A stretch of 64,000 bases of DNA from Candidatus Bathyarchaeota archaeon. GTDB taxonomy: Archaea > Thermoproteota > Bathyarchaeia > 40CM-2-53-6. The translations under genes were made by a program, and so were the position numbers. Positions 31,183 through 39,201 of the stretch are shown in pieces. Location of the stretch: the NCBI GenBank assembly GCA_963726255.1, contig CAVSBL010000002.1:1024001-1088000 (forward strand), given 5' to 3'. Every line of letters starts with the position of its first letter. Within the stretch, counting starts at the first letter, position 1. Under the pieces are notes generated by a model. It searched no databases. It had not been told where the DNA came from and was given only the letters and a program-made list of their open reading frames with translations.

Positions 31183-32061
31183 ATGTTAGGCATGAAAATC
31201 CGAGATTGGGTAAAGCGGATTTTGTACTCGATACCCACCGCGATAATCACCCTCGCATCGCTGAACGAGTTGCTGGCGCGAACTCCTCAATTGCCGAGTG
31301 GAGTAACATTGTATAATTTAGCTCTTGTTGCCCTAGTGGGTGTTTTTGCATTTCCTCTTTGGATTGCCTACCAGCTAGGCATTTGGCGAAACAAGAAACG
31401 CTCAGGCACTGTGCTCAAGGGGAGTCCGCCACCTGAAGCGCCTAAGTATGCACTTCCTGAACATCCGACACGAATTAGAGTCGAGAAAAAGGTCTTTGAA
31501 AATCAAGATGTGTACATTGATGGTCACAGTTGGATAGATTGTAAATTCATAAAGTGCAACATAATCGCGGAACGAGGCGATTTCGACCTTGTCTCCAACT
31601 CATTTGATGGCTGTCGGCTGTCAGTTAAAGGTCCAGCGGAAGGCATCATCAGACTGGCAAAAGGCTTCTTCCCCGAGCTTCCTGTCATAGAGCCTACCAT
31701 CAGAGCGAAACCCGACCTTCCGCCAAAAACGGAGCCGAACCTAACATATCTGAAGTTAGGATTCCAAGCCGCAGTGAGACAGAATTTGCGTGAAATAGAG
31801 TCAAAGCTCAGCTTCGAACACCCAAAGCCGATTCATTTTAAGTCTTGGAACGAGACAGAATCGGACATGAAGAAGCAACTAATTGACAACGAGAATGTTT
31901 ACGAGATTGTAGAGAAAATTGCGGCCGTATTGAATGAATGGAATAATGACTTAGATAGAGCCTCTCTCTTAATGCTCGAACCTGATTCGAAGATATTCCT
32001 GTACATTCAAAGCTGCAAGAAGTACTATGCAAAGTTGACAGAGATCGGTTTTCTGAGTTAG
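31183..32061 (+). CDS. Cargo membrane protein: two N-terminal TMs, short beta-rich domain, helical C-terminus
   Basis: 292 aa ORF inside element B; no recognised family. Confidence 0.7.
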   Translation: MLGMKIRDWVKRILYSIPTAIITLASLNELLARTPQLPSGVTLYNLALVALVGVFAFPLWIAYQLGIWRNKKRSGTVLKGSPPPEAPKYALPEHPTRIRVEKKVFENQDVYIDGHSWIDCKFIKCNIIAERGDFDLVSNSFDGCRLSVKGPAEGIIRLAKGFFPELPVIEPTIRAKPDLPPKTEPNLTYLKLGFQAAVRQNLREIESKLSFEHPKPIHFKSWNETESDMKKQLIDNENVYEIVEKIAAVLNEWNNDLDRASLLMLEPDSKIFLYIQSCKKYYAKLTEIGFLS

Positions 32062-32204
32062 GGGGTATCTTTCCCCTTGAAGTACTCGCCTAGTACGGCT
32101 CTTACCGCTTCAGGTATGGATTCTAGCTTACGGGCTTTTCGTTCTTGGTCCAGTGCTTTTGCCATGTCAGATGACATGGCTACCATTATTTTGTTGATTG
32201 CCAA
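32058..32204 (-). CDS. Small ribbon-helix-helix (CopG-like) protein, 48 aa, absent from the ORF track
   Basis: Hand translation: MAINKIMVAMSSDMAKALDQERKARKLESIPEAVRAVLGEYFKGKDTP. Confidence 0.65.
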   Translation of the reverse strand: MAINKIMVAMSSDMAKALDQERKARKLESIPEAVRAVLGEYFKGKDTP

Positions 32205-32239
32205 GTTGGACTCGCTACCATTGTATAGCGATATCAACC

Positions 32240-32442
32240 GTCACGGGCGAGAGTCTCCGCAACGTGCAGAAGTTCTTACGGTTGCAAGGTGTCGAAGTTC
32301 ATTACACGACTATTCATCGTTGGATTCAGAAGTATATGAAAATCATGGGTCGATACTTGGCAAATGCAACCGCAAGTTGGCAACACTTGGAGAGCTGATG
32401 AACTATTCCTCAAAGTCAGAGGCGACAAGAATAGGAACTGAT
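32240..32442 (+). pseudogene. IS6-family transposase N-terminal fragment
   Basis: GESLRNVQKFLRLQGVEVHYTTIHRWIQKY, then after a frameshift GNTWRADELFLKVRG (first catalytic Asp), then stop. Confidence 0.85.
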
Positions 32443-32448
32443 TGAATT

Positions 32449-33012
32449 TTGACAACAGTGCTTGATTTTTTCCTAGAACTCGCAGCGGTTTTTCTCGGTG
32501 TATTGGGAGCCTTTGAGTTGGATAACTATCGTGAAACAAAGGCTGAGGACAAAGAGCGTGTAAGACTTTTGGGATTGATTAGTCGCGAAGTTGATTCAAA
32601 CAATGGCATACTCATTGGCATGTCGCGAGAGGAGGATGCTGCTTTTGGCGTTCCTAACGCTCGACCGATGCGAAATATCTGGGATGGAATTACCAGTAAG
32701 CTTGCTATTCTGAGAAACGATGAACTACTTGAAGAGGCGACTATGCTATATTGGGATTTGGCTAATCTTGATGGAATGCTGGACATCTATCGAGATTATG
32801 CTGGCCGATACCAATACGCGAGTTCAGAAGAAAAAGTGAGGTTGGGACCTATCCTATTTATCCATCGTACTCATTATGTAGACTACATTAAGAACGAAGC
32901 TCTCCCCCAGATCACTATAGTGCGAAAGCTCATTGATGCGGAACTTTGGCGTGAAAAGAGTAATCGTGTCCCGAAAAGCAACACTGAGGGCGAGAAAACG
33001 GCTGTCCAATAG
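32449..33012 (+). CDS. Cargo protein: N-terminal TM plus helical domain
   Basis: 187 aa; AVFLGVLGAF...RLLGLISREVDSN; stop codon abuts the IS6-like end. Confidence 0.75.
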   Translation: MTTVLDFFLELAAVFLGVLGAFELDNYRETKAEDKERVRLLGLISREVDSNNGILIGMSREEDAAFGVPNARPMRNIWDGITSKLAILRNDELLEEATMLYWDLANLDGMLDIYRDYAGRYQYASSEEKVRLGPILFIHRTHYVDYIKNEALPQITIVRKLIDAELWREKSNRVPKSNTEGEKTAVQ

Positions 33013-33128
33013 ATGCAACAGAACCCTAGGGGGATTGGGAGGCCTGTCCCGAACCTGCAAAAGCACCCTAGGCGCTAAGAATTTATACCGGGTTGTTACT
33101 TGAGGTAACAAAATAGGATGCATCAAAC

Positions 33129-34011
33129 ATGGTGTGGACATTCATCAAAACAACCCTCCTAATCGGGTTTCTAACGGGTATCCTCTTCGTAATCGCATAC
33201 CTGTTAGGCCTCTCGCCGATCCTTGCACTTGGCTTCGCCGCATTCATGAACCTCATAATCTATTGGTTCAGCGACAAGTTCGTCCTACGTATGGGCGGCG
33301 CCAAGCTCGTAACCGAAGAAGAGGCGCCCCGTGTATGCGGCCCTGAGGAGGCTTACGGCGGAAACTGGAACCGCGATGCCAAAGGTCGCGCTGGTGAACA
33401 GCCCAATCCCGAACGCATTCGCAACCGGACGCAGCCCTAACAACGCTACGGTTGCCGTTCACACAAGTCTGCTTAGCATCGTGAACGACGAAGAACTGGA
33501 AGCCGTGCTCGCACATGAGTTGACGCATGTTAGGAACTGGGACATGTTGACCACCACGATTGTGGCGACGGTTGCAGGCGCGATCACCTACCTCGCCCAA
33601 TGGGGATGGCTCTTCGGCGGCGTTTACGGATATTCCGGAGGTAGCCGGGACCGACAACAAGGAAACATCATCGGGCTCCTCCTCATGATGATTCTCGCCC
33701 CAATCGCCGCAATGCTGGTACAGCTTGCGGTCTCAAGGACCCGTGAGTACTCAGCTGATGAGGGCGGCGCCAAGATATCAGGTAACCCAATGGCGTTGGC
33801 TAGCGCACTCGAGAAAATAGATACCTATGCGAAGCAAAGGCCTACCCGTAGCAAGACGAACACCGCAATGTCTTCCCTCTACATAATCAACCCGTTCCAT
33901 GGTTCGTTCGTGGCCGAACTTTTCTCAACCCACCCTTCAACTGAGAAGCGCATCGCCCGACTAGAACAGATAGCTGAAAGGATGGGTACCGGGCGCTACT
34001 ACCCACGCTAG
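33129..34011 (+). CDS. htpX: Zinc metalloprotease HtpX (1-bp frameshift near 33333)
   Basis: KTTLL...YWFSDKFVL then PNAFATGR, AHELTH, SRTREYSAD, FSTHP. Confidence 0.95.
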
Positions 34012-34152
34012 ACGCAAGGGCAACTGTATGTCACCCCTCCCCACACAGAATTACACGACACGGCTCTGCTAACTTGAATGGGGGGTAGCTGCGGATTTTG
34101 TAAATGTTAACTTCTGGGGGGTCATCGACGAATGAGTCTGGTAACTTGTAGC

Positions 34153-34782
34153 TCAAGCCACCAGTGATTCCGAAGGAGCTGGAATTTCTATCTCCGGAAG
34201 AGTGCTCTTAAGCGAAAGTCGGATATGATTTGGAAGGCTCTCAATGGCATCTTTAGCACGTTTCAGCAACGGACACGATCCATCTATGATTGTCTTATCG
34301 AACTCAATTACACGGTCTTTGTAGTCCGAAAGTGAAATGCTCGTTGTTCTGAACAACTCCCGACCCTCCAAATTGGAGTTCATCATCGCCATATTGGTGT
34401 ATAACAGAATCCACACCTTGAGATTCTCTTGTGTAACGTACTTGAGGAGGTTTTCGGCCTTTGCTAAAGTCCATCCGTCCATTGAAAGACGAGGCGGGGT
34501 GGTGACATACATCTTTCCCTCATCTGAAATAGCAATCTCATCCTGCATCATCTTTTGAATTGTGTCAACGCGTAGGAGATTTTCCGCGGTCTCTATTGCG
34601 AGCAGGGTTAGAATGCGATCCTTCTGCCGCTTCTCCCGTTGCCAACCCTTGTATGAATCCCAAGCAGCAAAAAGAAGAAAGCCAATCAATGCACCGATAA
34701 ATGCACCAAGTAGCGCGTAGAATGCCTCGGGAGTCAAGCCATAGATTACTGTCGTATGGGTCGCATTTTGAAGAATATACAA
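34153..34782 (-). CDS. Cargo protein: N-terminal TM plus helical domain
   Basis: ALLGAFIGALIGF...RILTLLAIETAEN...PRLSMDGW. Confidence 0.75.
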   Translation of the reverse strand: MYILQNATHTTVIYGLTPEAFYALLGAFIGALIGFLLFAAWDSYKGWQREKRQKDRILTLLAIETAENLLRVDTIQKMMQDEIAISDEGKMYVTTPPRLSMDGWTLAKAENLLKYVTQENLKVWILLYTNMAMMNSNLEGRELFRTTSISLSDYKDRVIEFDKTIIDGSCPLLKRAKDAIESLPNHIRLSLKSTLPEIEIPAPSESLVA

Positions 34783-34814
34783 GATTCAGCGGGAATTCTT
34801 TGAAGCTTTCCTTA

Positions 34815-35360
34815 TTATTGTTTCTTGAGTGGCGGGGGCTTCTTAAGTAGTTCAAGGAGCTTTGGTTTAAGCTGGAAAAGTTCGTTGGTAATCAGCTGAT
34901 GAACTTCATCAATCTTGGCAATCATCGGCTCACTAACAGTTGTTCGTTCATCATAAGGAACGCTTGTCATTTCTGATTCGTAATAATGAATCCAATTATT
35001 CTTCTCGTGCATGTGTGAATAGAGTTTCCTCAATTCGATTTGCAAGTTCTCTTCCAGAAGCGCTGTTAAACCCTCATGCCGGAATCGCTTGTAAGCGTCC
35101 ATCTCAAGCGGTAGCCACTTATCGACGGACTGGTGTTGCTGGTTCTGTTCAACTTCCCCCAACAGGTCAGTAAGACACTGTTTCCAAAGTCGTTCCTCTT
35201 GCTGAGCGCCGCGTCTATCTTCGTCAGCTTTTTGCATTCTCCACGAATAGCGTGTGGTCAACCATGATCCAAAGAATCCGAGCACTGAACCAATAACGAG
35301 GAAAACAATTGCTCCTAAATTACTTACAAGCCAACCCATTACGTGATCCGCTAACGCCAA
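34815..35360 (-). CDS. Cargo protein: N-terminal TM plus helical domain
   Basis: VIGSVLGFFGSW...LTDLLGEVEQN...LPLEMDAY. Confidence 0.75.
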   Translation of the reverse strand: MALADHVMGWLVSNLGAIVFLVIGSVLGFFGSWLTTRYSWRMQKADEDRRGAQQEERLWKQCLTDLLGEVEQNQQHQSVDKWLPLEMDAYKRFRHEGLTALLEENLQIELRKLYSHMHEKNNWIHYYESEMTSVPYDERTTVSEPMIAKIDEVHQLITNELFQLKPKLLELLKKPPPLKKQ

Positions 35361-35372
35361 AGAATTCTCGAC

Positions 35373-35906
35373 TCAGGTGTGCTTGTGTAAGGTTGTTTGC
35401 TGCAACAGCCGTTGTTTCTTCCTTTCCGTGTCAGCTTTAGACGGTTTCCTGAACGTCACATTAACAGCGACTACCGCAGCGGGATAGTCAATCTTCCGAC
35501 CTTGTAATAGGTATGCTATTGTAAAGATTTGAATACGTGGGTACTTCTTTCCACTTAACTCACTGGCGACATAAAATCCAGCTGATGCTGCCTCAGTTTT
35601 CGTGGGAGTTGTCGGAGCTTCAAGGGTGATGAATGCGTCTATCGCAGCCTTTTCTCTTTCCACAACGCCTCGTAGGTCGCGAACTTGGGACACACCAACA
35701 CCGCCAGACTTGACTGAGAACACTATCTGGTCAACGGTGACTGTCTTAGTATCAAGCAAAAAGTAGAGACGGCCGTCGATTCCCTTGTCGGCTCCTTTCT
35801 TTATCTGACCAGTCGGCCTTGCGCCGACGAGTCCGAGAGCCCAACATTGGAACTGATACTCATCTTGTTTCGCTAACGCTTCCGCGTCTGGTAGAGATGT
35901 TGGTCG
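35373..35906 (-). pseudogene. Mrr-like restriction endonuclease C-terminal domain, 5'-truncated (usually fused to a DNA methyltransferase)
   Basis: YQFQCWA, KKGADKGIDG, SVKSG..VRDLRGVVERE, FITLE, YPRIQI; residues upstream of about 35906 are antisense transposase. Confidence 0.75.
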
Positions 35907-36382
35907 AACAGTGGCGGATGCACGAGCAGCATTCAAAGAAGCAAAAGCTGTAGCCAAGACAGACGCACGCCTTCTACTGACTGATGCACGCCTTCTACTG
36001 ACTGATGCACGCCTTCTACTGACTGATGCACGCCTTCTACTGACTGATGGCTTGCTCTCTTATGGTCCAGCAGCGGAAAAGGAATTTCCAAATGCGGTAC
36101 ACGTTTCAGGGATTGGCATTCAGGGACGGATGAACAATAATCGCATGGAACGCTACCACGGCACATTCAAGGAACGCAGCAAGGTCATCCGAGCAATAAA
36201 GAAACCAGACTCCTTTCGTTGAAGGTCAACGAATCCAATACGACTACCTACGCCCACACACAGCCCTAGACGGCGGAACTCCCGCACAAGCCGCTGGAAT
36301 CGAACTAGGCATAACAGGGAACAAGTGGGAATCTCTCATCAAGAAAGCTGCCAAAAACCCGACTCAAAAAGCGAAACCTTAA
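35902..36382 (+). pseudogene. IS6-family transposase C-terminal fragment
   Basis: DARAAFKEA, LLTDGLLSY, NNNRMERYHGTFKER, frameshift, then YDYLRPHTALDGGTPAQAAGI. Confidence 0.88.
35962..36045 (+). repeat. 4 x 21-bp tandem repeat GA(C/T)GCACGCCTTCTACTGACT
   Basis: Units start at 35962, 35983, 36004 and 36025; encodes (DARLLLT)x4. Confidence 0.97.
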
Positions 36383-36429
36383 CCATCCACGCTCATAATC
36401 CATTAATCTCAATTTCTTGGATAGATTTG

Positions 36430-37071
36430 ATGAGAAACATGTCTAATAGGAAAACCGCGGAGCTTACGCTACATGTCAATCTTAAGCCTACAACTGCGTT
36501 GCCGTCGAAAGCCCTAACGGCTTTTTGGCGGAAAGTGCTAGATGTAGACTTTAGAAGTGCGATTGGCAGACCGAAAACGGATCACGTAAGTAGCGGCTCA
36601 ACCGGTGAATCACATGTCCTATACACTTTCGGAACTATACAGATCGCTCTCTACAGTCGTGGGGATGCGACTATTGAGGATGAGGAATTCGTACCTGGCC
36701 ATAGCGCGATGATTCAACGAATTGTGAATGCGATACTTCAAACGATTGCTCAAGCCGCGAACAAGCGTGTTTACATGCAGGTAGATGCCTACTTGGAAGC
36801 TGTCCTATTAAGAAAAGCTATTGGACAATTTCTACTTCGAAATGTGCGGTTTAGTCCGACAACACGATTCATCAAGCTCTTCGCACCCGCCAAAATCGTA
36901 AGCTTTATGCTCAAAATTTCGAATAATTTGAGCATAGCCTTTGTCGCACCAAACCACTTGGACTTCATTTACCTCGACAGGATTTCAATGGGAACGAACC
37001 GAAAGGCATTTGTTTCTAAGTTGGTGGGAACAGGCATGAAACACCTGAAATCTCTGGATAGGCGAGTATGA
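36430..37071 (+). CDS. Hypothetical cargo protein
   Basis: Long ORF; start trimmed to after the transposase stop. Confidence 0.65.
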   Translation: MRNMSNRKTAELTLHVNLKPTTALPSKALTAFWRKVLDVDFRSAIGRPKTDHVSSGSTGESHVLYTFGTIQIALYSRGDATIEDEEFVPGHSAMIQRIVNAILQTIAQAANKRVYMQVDAYLEAVLLRKAIGQFLLRNVRFSPTTRFIKLFAPAKIVSFMLKISNNLSIAFVAPNHLDFIYLDRISMGTNRKAFVSKLVGTGMKHLKSLDRRV

Positions 37072-37448
37072 TGCGCTCTAGTCAGATTCATTCGGCTTTC
37101 ATCAATCGTTTGACAGGGTCTTTCCCTGATAGTCTTGATCATTTCTACCCAGATGCACGGCGCATTTTTCCCGACCTACCCATTAGAGTTCACGTTGCAA
37201 CGGCCGTTACTCTCGAAGAAAGGCTCGTTAGGCACTTGAGGATGAGTTGGAAAAATGAACGAAACACTTTCGGTTTCGATATTGTCGATGAGGATTACTC
37301 GGCAGTGGAATCTTACCTCCGTCGAGCTTTCAAAAACAAAGCTTCGATGTACGTAAGTGATGTGGCTGATGCATTGGGACTAGAATATGCTATCGTTCGA
37401 GAGATTATCGCTCAAATGATTAAACAAGGGAAGTTGAAAACGAAGTGA
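37068..37448 (+). CDS. Cargo protein with C-terminal winged-HTH-like segment
   Basis: MYVSDVADALGLEYAIVREIIAQMIKQGKL; ATGA overlap with the upstream gene. Confidence 0.65.
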   Translation: MMRSSQIHSAFINRLTGSFPDSLDHFYPDARRIFPDLPIRVHVATAVTLEERLVRHLRMSWKNERNTFGFDIVDEDYSAVESYLRRAFKNKASMYVSDVADALGLEYAIVREIIAQMIKQGKLKTK

Positions 37449-37651
37449 GCGAACTTACCTATCACGACAAACAGAACGACGCCATTAAGGGTGATAAGAT
37501 AATTCTTGAGGCACGAAAGATCAAGCTTTCCACAAAGCCGATCAAAGGAAGCCACGCTCACAAAGCCCAACACGCAGAGGGTCGACACAACGCCATTGCA
37601 TGGGTAGATATTGAAATTTACCCAACTGGGCAATTCAAACTAGAGGGTTGA
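37445..37651 (+). CDS. Small hypothetical cargo protein, possibly truncated by the IR
   Basis: GTGA overlap; stop TGA lies inside the inner IR. Confidence 0.5.
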   Translation: MSELTYHDKQNDAIKGDKIILEARKIKLSTKPIKGSHAHKAQHAEGRHNAIAWVDIEIYPTGQFKLEG

Positions 37652-37840
37652 CCCCCCCGAAGTTACCGATACCTTAAGCCCCCAGATTAGTTACCAGAAC
37701 TCACGACACCCCCCACCAGGGGGGTCCCCCGTTGAGTGAGAGGGTGGATCCACCCATCTTGGGGTGGAGCCAAACGGTGCCAAACGAGGGTAACTCTCGC
37801 CTCATTTTACGCCTCTATCCCCTAACCCGAAGCGTTCCGA

Positions 37841-38539
37841 TTACCCTTCGAGAACAGCCACCGCTCGAACAGGTGAAGTCGGGCCGTTCACACTGAGTGG
37901 AAAGGCAATGAGCCGAAACCTCGACTCCTGAACTTTATTCAAGTTGCGAAGGTTTTCCAAAACTAGAATTCCCGCATGCATCAATATTGAACGTGCCGGT
38001 AATTCCTTGCTGCCCTCCGCGTCCAGGCTGGGGGTGTCAATCGCAACGAGCGATGGTCGTTTGAATTCAAGAAATTCTGCACCATTCACACTCAGGTAAG
38101 CGTGTTGCGCAATGGCCGTGGTGCGCGCGGAATCACCCCAGCCGGTATGAAGAACAACAGCCTCACCCTCGCGCAACGCCAACCCTGCACTCTCTTCCGC
38201 GCCCTCCAAGTCTTCGTCATCGATCGGTTCCCCATCCTTCTTGCTCGTCAGGTCCAGAAGCACCGCTTGTACCATGAAGGAATCTAAAGCGAATCGGTCA
38301 AGTTTCTTCCCGTTACGGATGAGGTACGCAGGAGCTTCAATGTGCGTACCCGCATGGGTATCCTGCAAGACGGTTTCGAGAGGCAACTCGGTAGTGAGGT
38401 CTAGAAGTTTCAAAATGCAATCCTCTGGCTTACCTAGCGCCTTACTGTTCCAAGCAATCATTAAAGCGCTCCCACCAATAGAGCATGGAAAACCGATACG
38501 GCGGTTGATGACATGGCGACAACTGTGCCCCCGGGACAA
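37841..38539 (-). CDS. Cyclase / kynurenine formamidase family protein
   Basis: THAGTHIEAP, LHTGW, IDTPSLD, LENL, SPVRAVA; true start probably downstream. Confidence 0.82.
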   Translation of the reverse strand: MSRGHSCRHVINRRIGFPCSIGGSALMIAWNSKALGKPEDCILKLLDLTTELPLETVLQDTHAGTHIEAPAYLIRNGKKLDRFALDSFMVQAVLLDLTSKKDGEPIDDEDLEGAEESAGLALREGEAVVLHTGWGDSARTTAIAQHAYLSVNGAEFLEFKRPSLVAIDTPSLDAEGSKELPARSILMHAGILVLENLRNLNKVQESRFRLIAFPLSVNGPTSPVRAVAVLEG

Positions 38540-39121
38540 ACTTTCGCGAAACGGTGGGCAATCTACGCAGCCCTTGGTGTTCCAGAAATCGAACTTGAAA
38601 CGTGGCGCTTGTCCACGAAGGGGCTTGTCGAGAAAGAGCTGAGCCTCAGCTTCGATGATTTGCAGAAGCTACCCCAAGTTAAACTTACGAGGGATTTCAG
38701 TTGCGTCACTTCGTGGGGCATAAGGGACGTTGTTTGGGAAGGCGTCGCCTTCCGCGACCTCGCAAAGCTAACGGGAGCCAAGCCCGAGGCGAAGTGGGTG
38801 ATGTTCCACTGTGCGGACGGTTACACTGCACCTGTCCCACTTGAGGATGCAATGGTCGAAGACTCTCTGATCACTTTCAAGATGAATGGCAAACCAATCC
38901 CAACCCAGCAAGGTTTCCCTGCGCGCCCGTTCATTCCACACCTTTACGGATGGAAGAGCGCAAAATGGCTAACAGGCGTCGAATTCATGCGTGAATATCG
39001 AGACGGATACTGGGAAGAGTATCAGTATCATGAGCGTGGAAACATATGGAACGAAGAGCGCTTCAAAGGGCAAGGCGGAAAACATGTTCGGCATCGTGGG
39101 CTTGGAACTCTGCCAATCTAA
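38513..39121 (+). CDS. Sulfite oxidase-like molybdopterin oxidoreductase
   Basis: DFSCVTSW, GFPARP, LYGWKSAKWL, GYWE...HERG. Confidence 0.9.
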   Translation: MATTVPPGQTFAKRWAIYAALGVPEIELETWRLSTKGLVEKELSLSFDDLQKLPQVKLTRDFSCVTSWGIRDVVWEGVAFRDLAKLTGAKPEAKWVMFHCADGYTAPVPLEDAMVEDSLITFKMNGKPIPTQQGFPARPFIPHLYGWKSAKWLTGVEFMREYRDGYWEEYQYHERGNIWNEERFKGQGGKHVRHRGLGTLPI

Positions 39122-39201
39122 CTCCTGTGGCCTGCAGGGTGAATCTGAACCGCCAAACGCTTTTATGAATCGCCCTGACTCCAAATCGCAGGCGAACGTC
39201 A

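Larger units (their letters stand above)
31096..33067. mobile_element. Decayed IS6-family cargo-carrying element (B)
   Basis: 8-bp direct repeat CTAGGCGC at 31088-95 and 33068-75; IS6-like ends GGCTTTGTTGCGTC (left), reverse-complement GGTTCTGTTGCATC (33012-25) and GGTGCTTTTGCAGG (33054-67); internal transposase remnant. Confidence 0.7.
34062..37701. mobile_element. Decayed IS6-family cargo-carrying element (C) with nested inner ends
   Basis: 8-bp direct repeat CACGACAC at 34054-61 and 37702-09; ends GGCTCTGCTAACT / reverse-complement AGTTCTGGTAACT (10/13); inner IR TAACTTC(T/G)GGGGGGTCA 16/17 at 34108-24 and 37649-65. Confidence 0.78.

Noticed and set aside
32077-32445. 122-aa + strand ORF
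   Set aside because: Overlaps the antisense RHH gene and the out-of-frame transposase remnant; no protein-like signal.
35962-36049. 21-bp repeats as a CRISPR array
   Set aside because: Units are head-to-tail with no spacers, lie in frame within a transposase, and no cas genes are present.
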